DNA of 42,968 bases from an uncultured Muribaculaceae bacterium (GCA_964617705.1 CAZTXU010000001.1:1-42968), one strand, 5' to 3'; positions 34,469-42,968 are shown, counted from the first letter of the stretch. A program made the numbers and translations. The notes: generated by a model from the letters alone, not told the origin.

Positions 34469-35522
34469 CTAATGTTGATGAAGGGTGATAAGGTGGTCGA
34501 GGTTTTCAAAATACTGCCCCAATACTTTCTGTTCGTCTATCTTAGGCACGGTAACGACTGTGTTTCCAACCAATTCTTTATTAAGATTATTAACTGTACT
34601 TCCGGCAGCAAAAGATTTGTATTGTTCAAGCATCTGAGTTGTTCCTAAAAGATGACAAAGGAAGGTCAAATCAAACCTCTTATTTGTATCTCTTATAAGC
34701 AACCAACCATCGTGAATACAGCCATTTATGCCCATTATATACGGTTTCCCGAAACTCATAGAGTTAGACAAAATTAAATCTCCGGGTTGTACTTGACGTG
34801 TTTTAGAAAGACCTTCCGGTTTTATTTTTTCGGCAGTTTTGGTTATATAATGCCCTTGTGATGGAGCATCGCCAATCTTAATCCAATTCAAGCCATCAGG
34901 TTCATTTGTTATATAATCTTCAATAGGTCTTGGAGAACCACCTCGTTCAATTAGAACTAATTCTGAAAACTTACGCTGTTCCCAAGAATATATTTTGATA
35001 TATGACTTACGTTGATGAAGAGTGATAAGGTTATCTATTTGAATAAATAAATCCGACATTTTATTTTGTTCCTTCAAACTAGGAATTTTAATTTTTTCAT
35101 TTTTTATTGCATTATACTGCAAATGTACAATTGTTAATCCTTGAGCTTGTTTAGCAAAAGAATATTTAACTGGATTAAAATTATTTATACAATATGAAAT
35201 AAAGTTGCCATCTATATTTTGATATGGTCTTATACCAAATAAATCTCCACCAACCCTTATATTATCTTCGTTTACACAAGATGGAGATATCAAAGATATA
35301 GCATCCACAGTTGTTGATGTTGGAAATAAAATATCATTTCTTTTAACTTCTGTTGCTTCAGTATTTGTTCTAGAATTTACATTAAAAATTCTCTCATTAT
35401 ACCTTGTATATAATTCTCCATATAAGACACATTTATATTTGCCATTTCTACATAAATCTGCATATCCCAAAGTTGAAGTATTAAAATTTTCACCTATATC
35501 AGTAACCTTACGTTGTTCCCAA
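34469..35522 (-). other. Promoterless, start-less two-TRD hsdS cassette (hsdS-prime)
   Basis: The frame is open from the WEQRK repeat. TRD-A is nucleotide-identical to TRD2 of the expressed hsdS. It is joined by a short linker, LITLHQRKSYIKIYSWEQRKFSE, to a distinct TRD-B that ends in LDHLITLHQH*. It has no N-terminal conserved region, no RBS and no ATG at its head, only an internal TTG at 35470. Confidence 0.7.
35005..35522. repeat. 518-bp direct repeat, copy B (TRD-A of the silent cassette)
   Basis: Aligned by hand block by block against 38823-39340 at a constant offset of 3818 nt. I found no mismatch. Confidence 0.85.
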
Positions 35523-35543
35523 TAAAAAAGGAAGATTATTTAA

Positions 35544-38500
35544 CTAATCTTCCAATTTTTCATGATTTACTGTTATATCAAACCCATTTTCTAATATAAA
35601 TCTTCTTAATAATTGTTGGCCTTTAATATAAACTTCAAAAGGTTGAAGATTTTTATTTTCAATACTATTAAAATATATTTTTGCCTTTTCCATATTTATA
35701 GTTTTCGATAATTTTTCAAATCTACCAAAATCATCTATATTCTTTTCTGTAACAACATGTGACATAAGATTTCTTAAAACCATTTCATCATATCCCAAAA
35801 TATTACAAAATTCTTTAATTTCATCATTTTTTTCCTTATTAGCATACTCATATATGTAATCCGTAAATTTTTTATTTGAATCTAAAACAATATTTCCAGA
35901 ATCTATATCATGAATTAAAATATTAGCATATTTTTGTTCTTCTTGTGAAAGGCTTGCAAACGACTTATGCAATTCATTCAATGAATTTTCTAGTTCTTCT
36001 TTAGTTATATTAGTCTGAGATAATGACTTTAAATACTTATCAAATTTTGCATTCATATAATCTGCATCAATTTTACCAGTATCTATTTCAATAATAGTAA
36101 AGTCAATTTTATATGGAATATCATCTTTACCATATTGTGATTCTTTTCCTTTTTGAACCTCGTTATATCTTTGTAATAAAGTATTAAAAGAGCTTTCATC
36201 ACATTCTGTTTTTATGCATTCATTATATAATGTTACATCAGACTCTTGGTTTTCTTCATCCTCATGAATACTTTGTTCAAGTGCATCTGTACTTTCTCCC
36301 ATATTGTTTATAAAATATAAATCTTTTTCCCATTTAAATCCTTGTACTCTAGCTGCATTTAAATATTTATTAAATTCTTGAAATAATTTAACAAATTTTG
36401 CTTTATCAATTTTATCATTTGGCAATTTTTCAAAGTTATATATCCCACAACTATTAAATAAATTCTTTATTTCTTCGTATTTTGAATTCATATGTTTCAA
36501 ATTTTCATCAATTTTATCTACAAATAATCCAAAAGGCTTGTCTCCAGAATATAATTTTAAAGCTTTATTTATATTATTTTGCATTGTATTCGTTTTTCTG
36601 TAATACTTAATAATTCCAAAATCTTTTCCTCTTCCAAATACTCTATTTGTTCTTGAAAACGCTTGAATTATATTTTGATATTTCATCATTTTATCTAAAT
36701 ATAATGTATTTAAATATTTAGAGTCATACCCAGTAAGCATTTGATCGACTACAATTAATAAATCCAGTTTTTCTTCAGGCTTATTATCTATCATTGAATA
36801 TTGTTTCTTATGTGCTAATCTTAATGAAATATCTTTTTTCATTTTATCATAACTTGGAATAGTAAATGTTTGATTATACATTTCATTATAGTCTTTTATT
36901 ATTTCCTCTAATCCATCTTCTTTAAATGATATTCCACCAGTATTATCTAATGAAGGATCAAACAATCCAGTTATATTTATACTAGCATTATGTAATTTAA
37001 ATTGTCGATAATATTTTATTGCTTCTTTTATACTCGAAGTTGCAAGTATAGCTGAAAAAGTTCTACCAAAACTTATTCTATCCCAATTTTGTAAAATATT
37101 TTTAATTACTTGATTTCTATGTTCATCATTATCGTATTGAGAGTCAGGAATGTAATCTTCGATTCCCTTAATGTATTCTCCAGTTTCAGTTTCGTAACCA
37201 TACATCGATACATTATTCATATATTTATAATAAATATCTTTTTTATCATCTGTATCAAGTTCATTAAAATTTTTGGCTTTTGCTTTTTCTAGTGCTACCA
37301 CTTCTCTAAGTGAATTATCACTATATGTCTTAACCATAGATGGATCAAATCCTAAAACATTTCCATCTCTTATGCCATCGGCAATACTATATCTATGTAA
37401 TTCATCTCCAAACACATCAGATTGAGTTAACCCTTTAACAGTATTTTCTTTAAATATTGGTGTACCAGTAAATCCGAAAAATAATGCTTTAGGAAAGGTT
37501 TCTTTTATTGAAATGAGCATTTCACCAAATGTATCTCTATGGCATTCATCAATTATAAATACTAATCTCTTTTTATTTATTTCAGCTATATCATCTAAAT
37601 TTAATGAAACGTCCCTTATTCTAGATAATTTTTGAATTGAAGTGACAATTAACGTTTTATCCGAATCGTTACTCTTTAACTTAGAAATTAAATCAAACGT
37701 ATTTCGAGTTCCGGAAACGTCCCCATCCTCATCCATAAACCCTCTAAATTCTCTTAAAGATTGGTCTCCTAACTCAACTCTGTCTAGCAAGAAAACTACT
37801 TTATCCGCATCTTTTGAATTTGCAATTAATTCTGCAGATTTAAACGAAGTTAAAGTTTTACCCGAACCTGTTGTATGCCAAATATATCCACCATGGGAAT
37901 CTAAAGAGTTCCAATCATTTTTAGAAACTCTATCGGATATTTTCCAAGCAGCAAAATATTGATAACTTCTCATTACCTTTAGTACACCATCTAAATCATC
38001 GGCTACAGTATAAAATCCAATTAACTGATGTGCCATAGGAATTGATAAAAATTTATCAGCCACTTCTTTCCAGTCATTTATAGGCTCATTGTTGAAATTA
38101 GCCCAATGAAAATAAAATTTATTATTAAATTTACCATCCGGTCCAGGATTAGCAAAGTATATTGTTTCTTCTGGATTCATAGCAACAAATATTTGTACTA
38201 ATGAAAATAATCCGCTAAAAACCCCTTCATTTGAATATTTCTCAATTTGGTATGCAGCTCGTGTAACGTCAATCTTACTTTTTTTTAATTCTATATGAAT
38301 AACTGGCATGCCATTAATTAAAAGCATTATATCCCCACGTCTATCGTTAAACATTGATTTTGTTTTAAAAATTGGTTGTTCTGCTATTTGATAGCGTGAT
38401 TGCCCAGCCGCAATTTCATTTCTATCGTATATTTTTAGACTTACTTCTTTACCCAAATGTAACTTATCATTTGGATTATCTCTTTTAATGCTAACAGATG

Positions 38501-38756
38501 TACCATTTATAAAACTATTAAGTCTTAAAGGTGTTCTTAATCTAGTAATTTGCTCTAATATTTGTTGCATTTCAGTATCAGTAAGAGGTTCATTATTTAG
38601 TCTATCTATATTTCTATTATTTTGAAATAAAATGTCTTTCCAGTTATTAATTAAATCTTCTTCAGTAGGGTGATTCAATACCCCACCTTCCCAACCTTTG
38701 GTTTTCAAAACTTCAACTAAATCATGTTCAAATTGTAATTCATCAGTATATATCAT
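35544..38756 (-). CDS. hsdR: Type I restriction enzyme R subunit
   Basis: PD-(D/E)xK-like DIMLLINGMPVIHIELKKS, Walker A HTTGSGKTLT, and the DEAD-box variant IIDECHR. I chose the start at 38756 (AAGAGGAGA 6 nt upstream). Confidence 0.9.
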   Translation of the reverse strand: MIYTDELQFEHDLVEVLKTKGWEGGVLNHPTEEDLINNWKDILFQNNRNIDRLNNEPLTDTEMQQILEQITRLRTPLRLNSFINGTSVSIKRDNPNDKLHLGKEVSLKIYDRNEIAAGQSRYQIAEQPIFKTKSMFNDRRGDIMLLINGMPVIHIELKKSKIDVTRAAYQIEKYSNEGVFSGLFSLVQIFVAMNPEETIYFANPGPDGKFNNKFYFHWANFNNEPINDWKEVADKFLSIPMAHQLIGFYTVADDLDGVLKVMRSYQYFAAWKISDRVSKNDWNSLDSHGGYIWHTTGSGKTLTSFKSAELIANSKDADKVVFLLDRVELGDQSLREFRGFMDEDGDVSGTRNTFDLISKLKSNDSDKTLIVTSIQKLSRIRDVSLNLDDIAEINKKRLVFIIDECHRDTFGEMLISIKETFPKALFFGFTGTPIFKENTVKGLTQSDVFGDELHRYSIADGIRDGNVLGFDPSMVKTYSDNSLREVVALEKAKAKNFNELDTDDKKDIYYKYMNNVSMYGYETETGEYIKGIEDYIPDSQYDNDEHRNQVIKNILQNWDRISFGRTFSAILATSSIKEAIKYYRQFKLHNASINITGLFDPSLDNTGGISFKEDGLEEIIKDYNEMYNQTFTIPSYDKMKKDISLRLAHKKQYSMIDNKPEEKLDLLIVVDQMLTGYDSKYLNTLYLDKMMKYQNIIQAFSRTNRVFGRGKDFGIIKYYRKTNTMQNNINKALKLYSGDKPFGLFVDKIDENLKHMNSKYEEIKNLFNSCGIYNFEKLPNDKIDKAKFVKLFQEFNKYLNAARVQGFKWEKDLYFINNMGESTDALEQSIHEDEENQESDVTLYNECIKTECDESSFNTLLQRYNEVQKGKESQYGKDDIPYKIDFTIIEIDTGKIDADYMNAKFDKYLKSLSQTNITKEELENSLNELHKSFASLSQEEQKYANILIHDIDSGNIVLDSNKKFTDYIYEYANKEKNDEIKEFCNILGYDEMVLRNLMSHVVTEKNIDDFGRFEKLSKTINMEKAKIYFNSIENKNLQPFEVYIKGQQLLRRFILENGFDITVNHEKLED

Positions 38757-38769
38757 ATTAAATCTCCTC

Positions 38770-39987
38770 TTATACAAACATTTTTTCTAATAAACTCTTC
38801 TTAATATTTTGTAATTTAGCTAACTTACGTTGATGAAGAGTGATAAGGTTATCTATTTGAATAAATAAATCCGACATTTTATTTTGTTCCTTCAAACTAG
38901 GAATTTTAATTTTTTCATTTTTTATTGCATTATACTGCAAATGTACAATTGTTAATCCTTGAGCTTGTTTAGCAAAAGAATATTTAACTGGATTAAAATT
39001 ATTTATACAATATGAAATAAAGTTGCCATCTATATTTTGATATGGTCTTATACCAAATAAATCTCCACCAACCCTTATATTATCTTCGTTTACACAAGAT
39101 GGAGATATCAAAGATATAGCATCCACAGTTGTTGATGTTGGAAATAAAATATCATTTCTTTTAACTTCTGTTGCTTCAGTATTTGTTCTAGAATTTACAT
39201 TAAAAATTCTCTCATTATACCTTGTATATAATTCTCCATATAAGACACATTTATATTTGCCATTTCTACATAAATCTGCATATCCCAAAGTTGAAGTATT
39301 AAAATTTTCACCTATATCAGTAACCTTACGTTGTTCCCAAACGTCAGTAAATCCTTTAAATCTAATTTCTGGTGGATTAGATGGATTTTTAGGGAACATT
39401 TTTTCCAACATAGATTTTTTCATATTCACTAACTTATCATACTTACGTTGATGAAGGGTGATAAGGCGGTCGAGGTTTTCAAAGTATTCAGCTATTTTTG
39501 CTTGTTCCTGCTCATCTTTTGAAATGAAAACTTCTATTTCACTCAATGCCGGATATTTCAAATTCCAGTTGTCGGATGTTATTCCTTGCGAGTTAATTTG
39601 AAAAGTATGAATCATATCAGGCAACTTAAATTGATATGCCAAGCACTTTGAATTTATCCCCGAATTTGGCGAAAGTACCGTGTATGCGGGGCTTACAATG
39701 CCTTCATAAGGAGAATACCCACTTGCACCTTGCCACATTCTCATTGAGTTATAAGCAATATCTCCAACGCAAACCTTCTTATATTTGGACTTGTCCTCAT
39801 TGGAATTGTCGTGCCTACCAAGTTCAGAAAACTTCTTAATACCATCATTGATAGTAACTGAAATCAATTCGCCATCAGGCATACTTTCAACTCGCTCTGT
39901 AAAGCAATCTCCCAACTTACGCTGTTCCCAAACGTCAGTAAATCCTTTAAATCTAATTTTTGGCGTTAACTTATTATTATCATTCAT
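38770..39987 (-). CDS. hsdS: Type I restriction-modification specificity subunit (two TRDs)
   Basis: RFKGFTDVWEQRK occurs twice and LITLHQRK twice. The coiled-coil spacers are KLVNMKKSMLEKMF and LAKLQNIKKSLLEKMF. The ATG at 39987 overlaps the hsdM TGA (ATGAATGA). An alternative ATG is at 39999. Confidence 0.85.
   Translation of the reverse strand: MNDNNKLTPKIRFKGFTDVWEQRKLGDCFTERVESMPDGELISVTINDGIKKFSELGRHDNSNEDKSKYKKVCVGDIAYNSMRMWQGASGYSPYEGIVSPAYTVLSPNSGINSKCLAYQFKLPDMIHTFQINSQGITSDNWNLKYPALSEIEVFISKDEQEQAKIAEYFENLDRLITLHQRKYDKLVNMKKSMLEKMFPKNPSNPPEIRFKGFTDVWEQRKVTDIGENFNTSTLGYADLCRNGKYKCVLYGELYTRYNERIFNVNSRTNTEATEVKRNDILFPTSTTVDAISLISPSCVNEDNIRVGGDLFGIRPYQNIDGNFISYCINNFNPVKYSFAKQAQGLTIVHLQYNAIKNEKIKIPSLKEQNKMSDLFIQIDNLITLHQRKLAKLQNIKKSLLEKMFV
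38823..39340. repeat. 518-bp direct repeat, copy A (TRD2 of the expressed hsdS)
   Basis: Same hand alignment as above. The boundaries fall in the LITLHQRK-encoding and WEQRK-encoding conserved repeats. Confidence 0.85.
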
Positions 39988-42568
39988 TAAAATCACCATT
40001 TAATAAAGATTTTAATTCTTCAAGACCTTTCATATCAAATTCGTTACCAGTTAGTTCATCTATCATGGTTGATAGGTTTCTTTCTACATTAATGATTTCC
40101 TTCTCCAAATCTTCAAACGTTTCTTCGTATTTTTTAGAAAGTTTTTCTATTTTTTTTGAAAAGTCGCTAATCACTTCATTAATTATGTTAAAAATATTTT
40201 CTTTTATAGGGTTTATCCACTTATCTTCTAATAACAAATAGATTTCTTCAACATTTAATGTTTCAATTCTCTCTTTTGTTTTAATTTGTAATTCATTAAA
40301 ATCATTTTTAACTGTTACTTTTAATTCTTTTTCTTCTAAATACAAGTCATTTAATTTAAATAATTTTTCCTCAATGCTTCCATCTTCTATTAATAAATTA
40401 TCCTTTTTAAGTTCTTTTACTTTTTTCGTTATTTCTGCAAATCTGAAAGCTGTATTATCATCATTTAATAAAGAACTGATTGATGTTTTATCTTCTTCGC
40501 TTAATTCATCTAGTATTTCTTCATATAAACTGGCAATTTCAGATAATCTATTATTCTCTTCATCTAATTTATCAATTTTATCTTTAAGAAAATGTTTTTG
40601 AACTATCTCGAAAGGAATTATTTTTCCTTTCCAACCTTCTTGTACTTCTACTTCTAAACCGTTTTTCTTTTTAACGACCATGTTTGGTTCTACTTCTGAA
40701 CATGAATTGAATCCTTCTTTATGTATAATTTCAAGATCTTGTGATATTTTATTCCAAATATCATCTAACATTTGATACGCCTGATAATTATTAACAAGTT
40801 TAACATCTTTTATTATATTAAATAATTTTTCTGACAATTTTTCTTCTTCTGAAGCGATATCTATTGTATACATATTATAAATTAATTCTTCTTTTAATCC
40901 TTTAGAATAATTGTCAATTATAGTATTATAATTATTAACATAATTCTTTACACTTTCATAATTGTTAATAAAATCATATGGATTTTCAATTTTCAACTCA
41001 TAGTAATTATCATTGATTTTATTAAATAAATTTTCTTTTAAATTTATAAATGTATTCCAAAATAAATCATATTTATCTAATTCATTAGAAGGTATGCCAC
41101 CAAACATTAATGCATATATATCATAAGTTTCCGCCTCTTCTGATGAATCCACATATCTAGGAATATTTAGGTTATAATCATTACTTCTTATTTCTTCTAG
41201 AGAAACAATCTTAGAAAATTTTTCTACATTTTCTCTATTAATTATAGCGTCAACAATTTTCTTAATATCACATGCTCTTAATACATTATTTTTTCCTTCT
41301 TTAACAAAACCTTTAGAGGCATCTATTATTTGAATGTCTGTATTTGACTTATTCTTCTTTAACACCATTATTATAGTTGGTATACCTGTTCCAAAAAATA
41401 TGTTTGCTGGTAATCCAATTATTGCATCTATATTATTATGTTCAATGAGATTTTTTCTTATTTTTCCTTCTTCCCCACCTCTAAATAAAACTCCATGTGG
41501 TAAAACTATTGTCATTATTCCATCTGATTTTAAATGATATAAATCATGTAGTAAGAAAGCATAATCTGCTACACCTTTTGGAGCAATTCCATATTCTTTA
41601 TATCTTGGGTCTGTCTCTCTGTCATCAGAATCCCATTGTTGAGAATACGGAGGGTTGGATACAACGGCATCTACAAATAATGGATTATATGTATGTTCTG
41701 GATCAGTTTCATCAAAATAAGGCCAGTCAGTTTCAAGTGTATCTCCATTTCTAACAAATAGATTACTTGGTAATATACCTCTCATAATTAAATTCATTCT
41801 TGTTAGATTGTATGTATTTTGTTTTAATTCTTGTGCATAATATTTTATTCCATTTGAATCATTCATATATCTAGAAACTGAACTACCTATATTTATTAAT
41901 AAAGAACCTGAACCACTTGTTGGATCATAAATTTCTATATGTTCTCTGTCTTTTAAATAATTTGCAATAATATCTGACATTAATTTTGAGACTTCATGTG
42001 GTGTATAAAATTCTCCTGCTTTTTTACCAGCATTTGCAGCAAAATTTGATATTAAATATTCATATATGAAACCCAAAACATCATAATCCTCTTTATTATC
42101 CATCGGTATGTCTTTAATTAAATTAATTAATTCTCTAACCGCTTTATTTTGAGAAGCTTCTGTATCTCCTAATTTACTTAATCCAGTTTCAAGTGTAGTA
42201 AATATTCCTTCAAAAACTTTTTTGTAATTTTTTCCAATGTTTCTACTAAATGCTGACAATGCCACTCTAACATTTGAAATTTTAAAATCAGTTCCTTTTT
42301 CAATCCATGTTGAAAATAAGTTATCATAAGCTATAAAATAACCAATGTTTTTTTGTAGGTGATCTACTGTATCATGATTTGCTTCATTTAATTGTCTTAT
42401 ATTTTCATCCGTGTAATAATGTTCCTTTAAATAATTTAATTCTTTTTTAGATAAAAATTTATAAAATATAAAACCTAAAATATAATCTTTATATTCATTT
42501 GCTTCAATTTTTGAACGCATCTTATTTGCAGATTCCCAAATTTTCGAAGCTAATTGCTGTTTATTCAT
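39980..42568 (-). CDS. hsdM: Type I restriction-modification methyltransferase subunit with a C-terminal extension of about 390 aa
   Basis: HsdM_N-like MNKQQLASKIWESANKMRSKIEANEYKDYILGFIFYKFLS, FYTPHEV, DPTSGSGSLL, and NPPYS. The usual C-terminal DYNLNIPRYVD occurs at about residue 470 of 862. Confidence 0.85.
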   Translation of the reverse strand: MNKQQLASKIWESANKMRSKIEANEYKDYILGFIFYKFLSKKELNYLKEHYYTDENIRQLNEANHDTVDHLQKNIGYFIAYDNLFSTWIEKGTDFKISNVRVALSAFSRNIGKNYKKVFEGIFTTLETGLSKLGDTEASQNKAVRELINLIKDIPMDNKEDYDVLGFIYEYLISNFAANAGKKAGEFYTPHEVSKLMSDIIANYLKDREHIEIYDPTSGSGSLLINIGSSVSRYMNDSNGIKYYAQELKQNTYNLTRMNLIMRGILPSNLFVRNGDTLETDWPYFDETDPEHTYNPLFVDAVVSNPPYSQQWDSDDRETDPRYKEYGIAPKGVADYAFLLHDLYHLKSDGIMTIVLPHGVLFRGGEEGKIRKNLIEHNNIDAIIGLPANIFFGTGIPTIIMVLKKNKSNTDIQIIDASKGFVKEGKNNVLRACDIKKIVDAIINRENVEKFSKIVSLEEIRSNDYNLNIPRYVDSSEEAETYDIYALMFGGIPSNELDKYDLFWNTFINLKENLFNKINDNYYELKIENPYDFINNYESVKNYVNNYNTIIDNYSKGLKEELIYNMYTIDIASEEEKLSEKLFNIIKDVKLVNNYQAYQMLDDIWNKISQDLEIIHKEGFNSCSEVEPNMVVKKKNGLEVEVQEGWKGKIIPFEIVQKHFLKDKIDKLDEENNRLSEIASLYEEILDELSEEDKTSISSLLNDDNTAFRFAEITKKVKELKKDNLLIEDGSIEEKLFKLNDLYLEEKELKVTVKNDFNELQIKTKERIETLNVEEIYLLLEDKWINPIKENIFNIINEVISDFSKKIEKLSKKYEETFEDLEKEIINVERNLSTMIDELTGNEFDMKGLEELKSLLNGDFNE

Positions 42569-42619
42569 TTTTTACACCTCTACCTTTACCTCAAATATTA
42601 TCATATACTTCTATTGATA

Positions 42620-42648
42620 ATTATACCATAAAAAAAACAAAAATTAAC
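42620..42648 (-). promoter_or_regulatory. Candidate hsdM promoter
   Basis: Minus strand has TGGTATAAT (a perfect extended -10) with a weak -35 (GTTAAT) at 17 nt. It lies about 50 nt upstream of the AGAGGTG RBS. Confidence 0.4.
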
Positions 42649-42868
42649 TTTTGCCCAGTAATTTGTTGACAAAATTTAATTTTTGTAAATATCATGACAC
42701 ATTTCACACATAACCTCTACAAAATAAACCTTGGTTTCCAAATTATATATGCTAAAATGTGGTAAAATCAGTAAATTTATGGGGCTGTTGCAAAATTAAA
42801 TAATTAATTTCTAATAGCCACCTTTTTGTCATGCTCATACTTTTATACGCTATTTCAAATAACCTATT

Positions 42869-42894
42869 TTTTTATGTTGAATTCAACATAAAAA
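42869..42894. repeat. Perfect 26-bp palindrome centred on GAATTC
   Basis: TTTTTATGTTGAATTCAACATAAAAA, read directly from the sequence. Confidence 0.9.
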
Positions 42895-42904
42895 CAAAAA
42901 AAAG

Positions 42905-42968
42905 AAGCATCGAATCATTAGCCGAGGTGCGATAACGAAGTATTTATGTAAGGTGGCGGTACAGCGAA
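42905..42968 (+). promoter_or_regulatory. Possible 5' part of a structured leader RNA (L-box/lysine-riboswitch-like start), truncated by the window edge
   Basis: Locally much GC-richer than its surroundings. ..CCGAGGUGCGAUAACGAAGUAUUU.. resembles the AGAGGUGCGAAC..AGUA start of lysine riboswitches as I recall them. The strand and identity are uncertain. Confidence 0.2.

Noticed and set aside
33484-34497. Inversion between the inverted LITLHQH-encoding repeats (about 33486-33510 and 34471-34495) as a specificity switch.
   Set aside because: The crossover would lie after the TRDs, at the very C-terminus. Inversion would only flip the recombinase gene and swap a few tail codons, and the inverted TRD is itself disrupted by two stops. 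I kept it as a testable variant but not as a functional shufflon claim.
1007-41754. About 30 plus-strand ORFs of 60-110 aa nested antisense inside long minus-strand genes. Examples are 1007-1258, 4889-5125, 8475-8777, 12354-12861, 22713-22922, 29624-30088, 37642-37962, 39257-40241 and 41334-41754.
   Set aside because: All lie wholly within well-supported genes on the other strand. Their products are low-complexity and Leu/Ile/Phe/Ser-rich, as expected from antisense reading of AT-rich codons. They have no RBS and no recognisable motifs, so I treat them as shadow ORFs.
42874-42889. Hairpin ATGTTGAATTCAACAT as a bidirectional Rho-independent terminator.
   Set aside because: On both strands the U run would precede the stem rather than follow it. 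The flanking T and A runs simply extend the palindrome. I kept it as a repeat or palindrome only.
1-42968. A search by eye for CRISPR arrays, tRNA or rRNA genes, IS elements with terminal inverted repeats, and retron/DGR-type reverse transcriptases.
   Set aside because: I found no regularly spaced direct repeats, no cloverleaf-like GC-rich segments of about 75 nt, no transposase-like ORF and no RT motif (YxDD) in a suitable ORF. A computational scan with tRNAscan-SE, Infernal and ISfinder would be needed to exclude them formally.

Overview
This is a very AT-rich window (about a quarter G+C by eye) with standard-code bacterial chromosomal sequence and Firmicutes-type gene content and synteny. 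All convincing genes but one lie on the minus strand.

The housekeeping backbone, read along the minus strand, runs:
- spoIVFA-like, then an M50 site-2 protease, the L21 leader, rplU, prp, rpmA, two small membrane ORFs and obg.
- A pseudopilin fusion, murC and a pilin.
- parE, a small sugar transferase and parC.
- ylbD-like and ylbE-like genes.

Accessory material is interleaved with this backbone:
1. Two divergent paralogues of a large Zn-ribbon/TM/Asp-repeat/VWA/Cys-His-domain surface protein (61-2691 and 26021-28723).
2. A tightly packed minus-strand string (24932-18421): PcfJ-like Zn-ribbon protein, DUF262/DUF1524 (GmrSD-like) nuclease, VanZ-like, DUF1848, B3/B4-domain and serpin-like genes.
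3. A YtrA-type GntR/ABC operon and a GNAT gene.
4. A roughly 1.8-kb pseudogene graveyard with a (TA)11 tract.
5. A Type I restriction-modification island, hsdM-hsdS-hsdR. Behind it sit a promoterless two-TRD hsdS cassette, a tyrosine recombinase and an inverted, decayed hsdS fragment. A perfect 518-bp direct repeat brackets hsdR, and the TRDs are compositionally mosaic.

I saw no rRNA, tRNA or CRISPR array. All functional calls rest on motif recognition by eye, with no database search, and should be treated as hypotheses.
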